Assembly (NCBI GenBank): GCA_013151035.1
Contig: JAADJB010000008.1
Location: 11,466 to 75,465 of the forward strand
Source: Gammaproteobacteria bacterium
GTDB taxonomy: Bacteria > Pseudomonadota > Gammaproteobacteria > JAADJB01
Direction of reading: 5' to 3'
Length of the DNA stretch: 64,000 nt
The notes under the pieces were generated by a model that made no database searches, was not told where the DNA came from, and saw only the letters and a program-made list of their open reading frames with translations. The position numbers were made by a program, and so were the translations under genes. Shown piece after piece: positions 60,608 through 64,000 of this stretch; the first letter of the stretch is position 1, and every line of letters starts with the position of its first letter.

Positions 60608-61135
60608 TTACCCCGTTTGTTTACGCACAAACTCGGTGTGGTGACAAGCTGGGCAAGGTGGGATATGTCCGGCCTTATGAAAGTGCATCTCTTTACCACA
60701 GGAGTGACAGATCAGCACGCCGGGACCAGTGATCTCACCCGTGTGATAAGGGGTGCCCATCTTGATATCCTGTTTGAACTGCATCAGTTCCAGGCGGCTC
60801 TTGTCGGCGACAGACAGGAACAGGTCGAGCAGGTGTTGTTCGATCAGGGCGACATCCAGGCTGAACCAGTCATCAATCTCCTTGCCGGTCTCGACCAGAA
60901 AGCTCCCAACTTCCTGAAAATCACGCTTTAGATAGCCGGCAATCTTGTCCGCCTCTTCTTGAGTTAATTCGCCCAGCTCAACCATTTTTTCCCGTGCCTG
61001 GTCGATATGCTCCTCAATCCGGGGCAGGGTGTGTTCTTCGGTCTCGTTGATCAGCTTATGAACGCGCTTCATCATTTGCTCATAGGCGTGGATCAGTTTA
61101 TTACTATGGCTGGATTCGGTGTTTTTATCATTCAT
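60608..61135 (-). CDS. DUF1451 zinc-ribbon protein (YbeL-like)
   Basis: 175 aa. C-terminal CHSCGKEMHF...CPACHH zinc ribbon. E. coli ybeL lies in the same neighbourhood. Confidence 0.5.
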   Translation of the reverse strand: MNDKNTESSHSNKLIHAYEQMMKRVHKLINETEEHTLPRIEEHIDQAREKMVELGELTQEEADKIAGYLKRDFQEVGSFLVETGKEIDDWFSLDVALIEQHLLDLFLSVADKSRLELMQFKQDIKMGTPYHTGEITGPGVLICHSCGKEMHFHKAGHIPPCPACHHTEFVRKQTG

Positions 61136-61279
61136 GGCGATCCTCCTTGTTTAATATGTCTATGTGTTCAGTTTGGTCTATTTTTTGTCACTTGTGAAGT
61201 GCTATTTTGCTGTTATAGAGGGTCGCAGTACGGTATCCTTGCCTTTCCTTTTTTCTTTGACTAGATACGAGTACGAATT

Positions 61280-63745
61280 TTGATGGATGAGCAATACCTG
61301 CCTGCTGAAATTGAACAGGCGGCACAAAAATACTGGCTGGACAATGCGACCTTTAGTAGTGTTGAGGATGATCGCGAGAAGTTTTATTGTCTCTCCATGT
61401 TTCCTTATCCCAGTGGTCGCTTGCACATGGGGCATGTGCGTAATTATACCATTGGTGATGTGATCTCCCGTTATCAACGTATGCTGGGTAAGAACGTGAT
61501 GCAGCCGATGGGCTGGGATGCCTTTGGGCTACCCGCTGAGAATGCGGCGATCAAGAATAATGTGCCCCCTGCCAAATGGACCTACGAGAATATTGATTAT
61601 ATGCGTGGGCAGTTACAACGGCTGGGTTTTGGTTATGACTGGAGCCGTGAGATTGCGACCTGTAATCCACAATATTATCGTTGGGAACAGTGGCTATTCA
61701 CACGTTTATTTAAAAAGGGTCTGGTTTATAAAAAAACGGCACCGGTAAACTGGTGTGCACATGATATGACAGTGCTGGCGAATGAGCAGGTTATTGATGG
61801 TTGTTGCTGGCGTTGTGATAACAAGGTGGAGCGTCGTGAGATCCCGCAGTGGTTTATGAAGATCACGGATTATGCCGAGGAGTTGTTGGCCGGGCTGGAT
61901 CATCTACCCGACTGGCCCGAGCGTGTGCGGACTATGCAGAAGAACTGGATCGGGCGTTCTGAGGGCATGGAAGTGCATTTCTCTATTGCGGGCAGTGATG
62001 TGCCACTGAAGGTCTTTACCACACGTCCGGATACCTTGATGGGTGTGAGCTATGTGGCGGTGGCTCCGCAACATCCTCTGGCCATAGAAGCAGCAACGAC
62101 AAGACCTGTATTAAAGACGTTTGTTGAGGAATGCCGATGTATGGATACGACTGAGGCGGCGATGGAAAAGGCGGAGAAAAAAGGCGTGGATACCGGTCTG
62201 CTGGCAATACATCCGGTGACGGGTAATCGCGTGCCAATCTATGCCGCTAATTTTGTTCTGATGGGTTATGGTGAGGGTGCGGTGATGGCTGTGCCCGCAC
62301 ACGATCAACGTGACTGGGAATTTGCCAAAGAATACAAAATTCCTGTGCAGCAGGTGATCCAGGCTGAGAACGACGATGAGGTTGACCTTAAAAAGGCCGC
62401 CTATACGGGTAAGGGTATTCTGATCAACTCGGGTGAGTTTAATGGTCTGGGGTTTGATCAGGCTTTTGCCGCACTGGATAGCTATTTACAGGAGCAGGGC
62501 AAGGGTGGTAAGACGGTCAATTATCGTCTGCGTGACTGGGGGGTATCGAGGCAGCGTTACTGGGGCGCACCGATCCCGATTATTAATTGCCCGGATTGTG
62601 GTTCGGTTCCTGTACCGGAGGCGGATCTGCCTGTGATTCTACCGGAACAGGTTGAGCTTAACGGTATTAGCTCTCCACTCAATGGACACTCTGATTTTAT
62701 CCATGTCGCCTGTCCCTCCTGTGGTGCTGATGCGGCACGCGAGACTGATACCTTCGATACCTTTATGGAGTCTTCCTGGTATTACGCGCGTTATGCCTGT
62801 AAGGATAATGCCGATGCGATGCTGGATGAACGGGCGAACCACTGGTTGCCAGTAGATCAATATGTTGGTGGGATTGAACATGCCATCCTGCACCTGCTAT
62901 ACGCGCGTTTTTATCACAAATTATTGCGTGATGAAGGTTTGCTCGATAGTGATGAGCCGTTCAAAAGCCTGTTGACCCAAGGTATGGTATTGAAGGATGG
63001 TGTCAAGATGTCCAAGTCCAAGGGCAATACGGTTGATCCTCAGGACTTGATCAAACAGTATGGTGCCGATACGGTGCGTCTGTTTACCATGTTTGCAGCA
63101 CCACCAGAACAGTCACTGGAATGGCATGATGCGGGCGTAGAAGGGGCCTCTCGTTTTTTGAAAAAAGTTTGGGCCTTTGCACATCAGTACCAGTCCGGGA
63201 TTGTTGCACAGAATAAAGCGGGTAGTCATCCTGACTGGAATGAGCTGGATACACAGCAGACGGATTTACGCCGTGATATTCATGTTACTTTGCAACAGGC
63301 GCGATTTGATTTTGATAAGTATCATTTCAATACCGTAGTCTCTGCCTGTATGAAGATGATGAATGCGCTGGCGAAGATCAAAACTGATTCATCGGCCGCG
63401 GATGTTGCGCTTGCCAAAGAAGGTTTGGGTATATTGATTACCTTGTTGTCCCCGATCACCCCGCATCTGGCACACCAGCTATGGGGGCAACTAGCCTATG
63501 GTGATGATGTACTTGCCGCTGTCTGGCCTGAGGTGGATGAGTCGGCATTGGTGCAAGATACGATAGAGATGGTGGTACAAGTGAATGGTAAAGTGCGTGC
63601 CAGGGTCTCGGTGGCGGCGGATGCATCAAAACAGGTAGTCGAGGAGATTGCCCTGGCGGATGTTAATGTGCAACGCTTTGTTGAGGATAAAACGATTCGT
63701 AAGTTGATTGTGGTGCCGGGTCGTCTGGTTAATATTGTAGTGTAA
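61280..63745 (+). CDS. leuS: leucine--tRNA ligase
   Basis: 821 aa. HMGH and KMSKS class I motifs. [19 protein letters not shown], compared with E. coli MQEQYRPEEIES. Confidence 0.95.
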   Translation: MMDEQYLPAEIEQAAQKYWLDNATFSSVEDDREKFYCLSMFPYPSGRLHMGHVRNYTIGDVISRYQRMLGKNVMQPMGWDAFGLPAENAAIKNNVPPAKWTYENIDYMRGQLQRLGFGYDWSREIATCNPQYYRWEQWLFTRLFKKGLVYKKTAPVNWCAHDMTVLANEQVIDGCCWRCDNKVERREIPQWFMKITDYAEELLAGLDHLPDWPERVRTMQKNWIGRSEGMEVHFSIAGSDVPLKVFTTRPDTLMGVSYVAVAPQHPLAIEAATTRPVLKTFVEECRCMDTTEAAMEKAEKKGVDTGLLAIHPVTGNRVPIYAANFVLMGYGEGAVMAVPAHDQRDWEFAKEYKIPVQQVIQAENDDEVDLKKAAYTGKGILINSGEFNGLGFDQAFAALDSYLQEQGKGGKTVNYRLRDWGVSRQRYWGAPIPIINCPDCGSVPVPEADLPVILPEQVELNGISSPLNGHSDFIHVACPSCGADAARETDTFDTFMESSWYYARYACKDNADAMLDERANHWLPVDQYVGGIEHAILHLLYARFYHKLLRDEGLLDSDEPFKSLLTQGMVLKDGVKMSKSKGNTVDPQDLIKQYGADTVRLFTMFAAPPEQSLEWHDAGVEGASRFLKKVWAFAHQYQSGIVAQNKAGSHPDWNELDTQQTDLRRDIHVTLQQARFDFDKYHFNTVVSACMKMMNALAKIKTDSSAADVALAKEGLGILITLLSPITPHLAHQLWGQLAYGDDVLAAVWPEVDESALVQDTIEMVVQVNGKVRARVSVAADASKQVVEEIALADVNVQRFVEDKTIRKLIVVPGRLVNIVV

Positions 63746-63762
63746 AGATGGGTGGGTAGATA

Positions 63763-64000
63763 ATGAAGCCAACTATAAATACGATATCTCACTGGTTGCT
63801 ATGGGGACTGGTGATGAGTCTGATCACAGCCTGTAGTTATCACCTGCGCGGTAAGGTTGATCTCTCTGAACGTATTAATGATATCTATATTCAGGCCGCT
63901 GATCAGCGTGCTCCGATGGTGCTGGGTCTGCGTTCCATATTACAGCGGAATGGTGTGCGCGTGGTCACCGACAGGGCGCAGGCGCGAGTGATATTTAATC
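63763..64000 (+). CDS. lptE: LPS-assembly lipoprotein LptE (5' partial, runs off the window)
   Basis: Lipobox LITAC. Conserved position after leuS. Confidence 0.7.
   Translation, partial: MKPTINTISHWLLWGLVMSLITACSYHLRGKVDLSERINDIYIQAADQRAPMVLGLRSILQRNGVRVVTDRAQARVIFN

Overview
This window is a chromosomal segment of a gammaproteobacterium, about 47% GC, most likely an environmental organism with a PEP-CTERM/exosortase system. Nearly all genes lie on the + strand in conserved housekeeping order: hemN, aroC, an MFS transporter, a giant surface lipoprotein, gyrA-serC-serA-pheA-hisC-tyrA-aroA-cmk-rpsA-ihfB, lapA-lapB-pyrF, comEA-like, galU, folD, leuCDB-asd-fimV, pgi, a hybrid histidine kinase on the - strand, RNase P RNA (rnpB), miaB-ybeZ-ybeY-corC, lnt, a YbeL-like gene, leuS and the start of lptE. 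The main anomaly is a roughly 10 kb AT-rich island (48.8-59.0 kb) inserted between corC and lnt, which are normally adjacent. It carries three orphan ORFs, a Type III-like restriction-modification operon (mod ... res) with two translationally coupled extra genes between mod and res, a ParD-like/zeta-toxin pair and a PEP-CTERM protein. One of the two extra genes is a fusion of a Panacea-like (DUF4065/SocA-like) domain and a DUF488 domain; the other has no recognisable domain. This four-gene operon is the best candidate for an undescribed defence variant. A second toxin-antitoxin pair (RHH antitoxin plus MazF/PemK toxin) sits after galU. The chromosome is peppered with a REP family (GGTGCG-N5-CGCACC, often with a CTACC tail) that in places doubles as a terminator. 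A second structured palindromic repeat family shows compensatory base changes, and a 45-bp tandem hairpin repeat lies between aroA and cmk. Other features are a 1791-aa lipoprotein combining 14 RCC1 blades, TSP3-like calcium-binding motifs, VNDAP cadherin-like modules and an L-type lectin domain, and a frameshifted outer-membrane-protein pseudogene.
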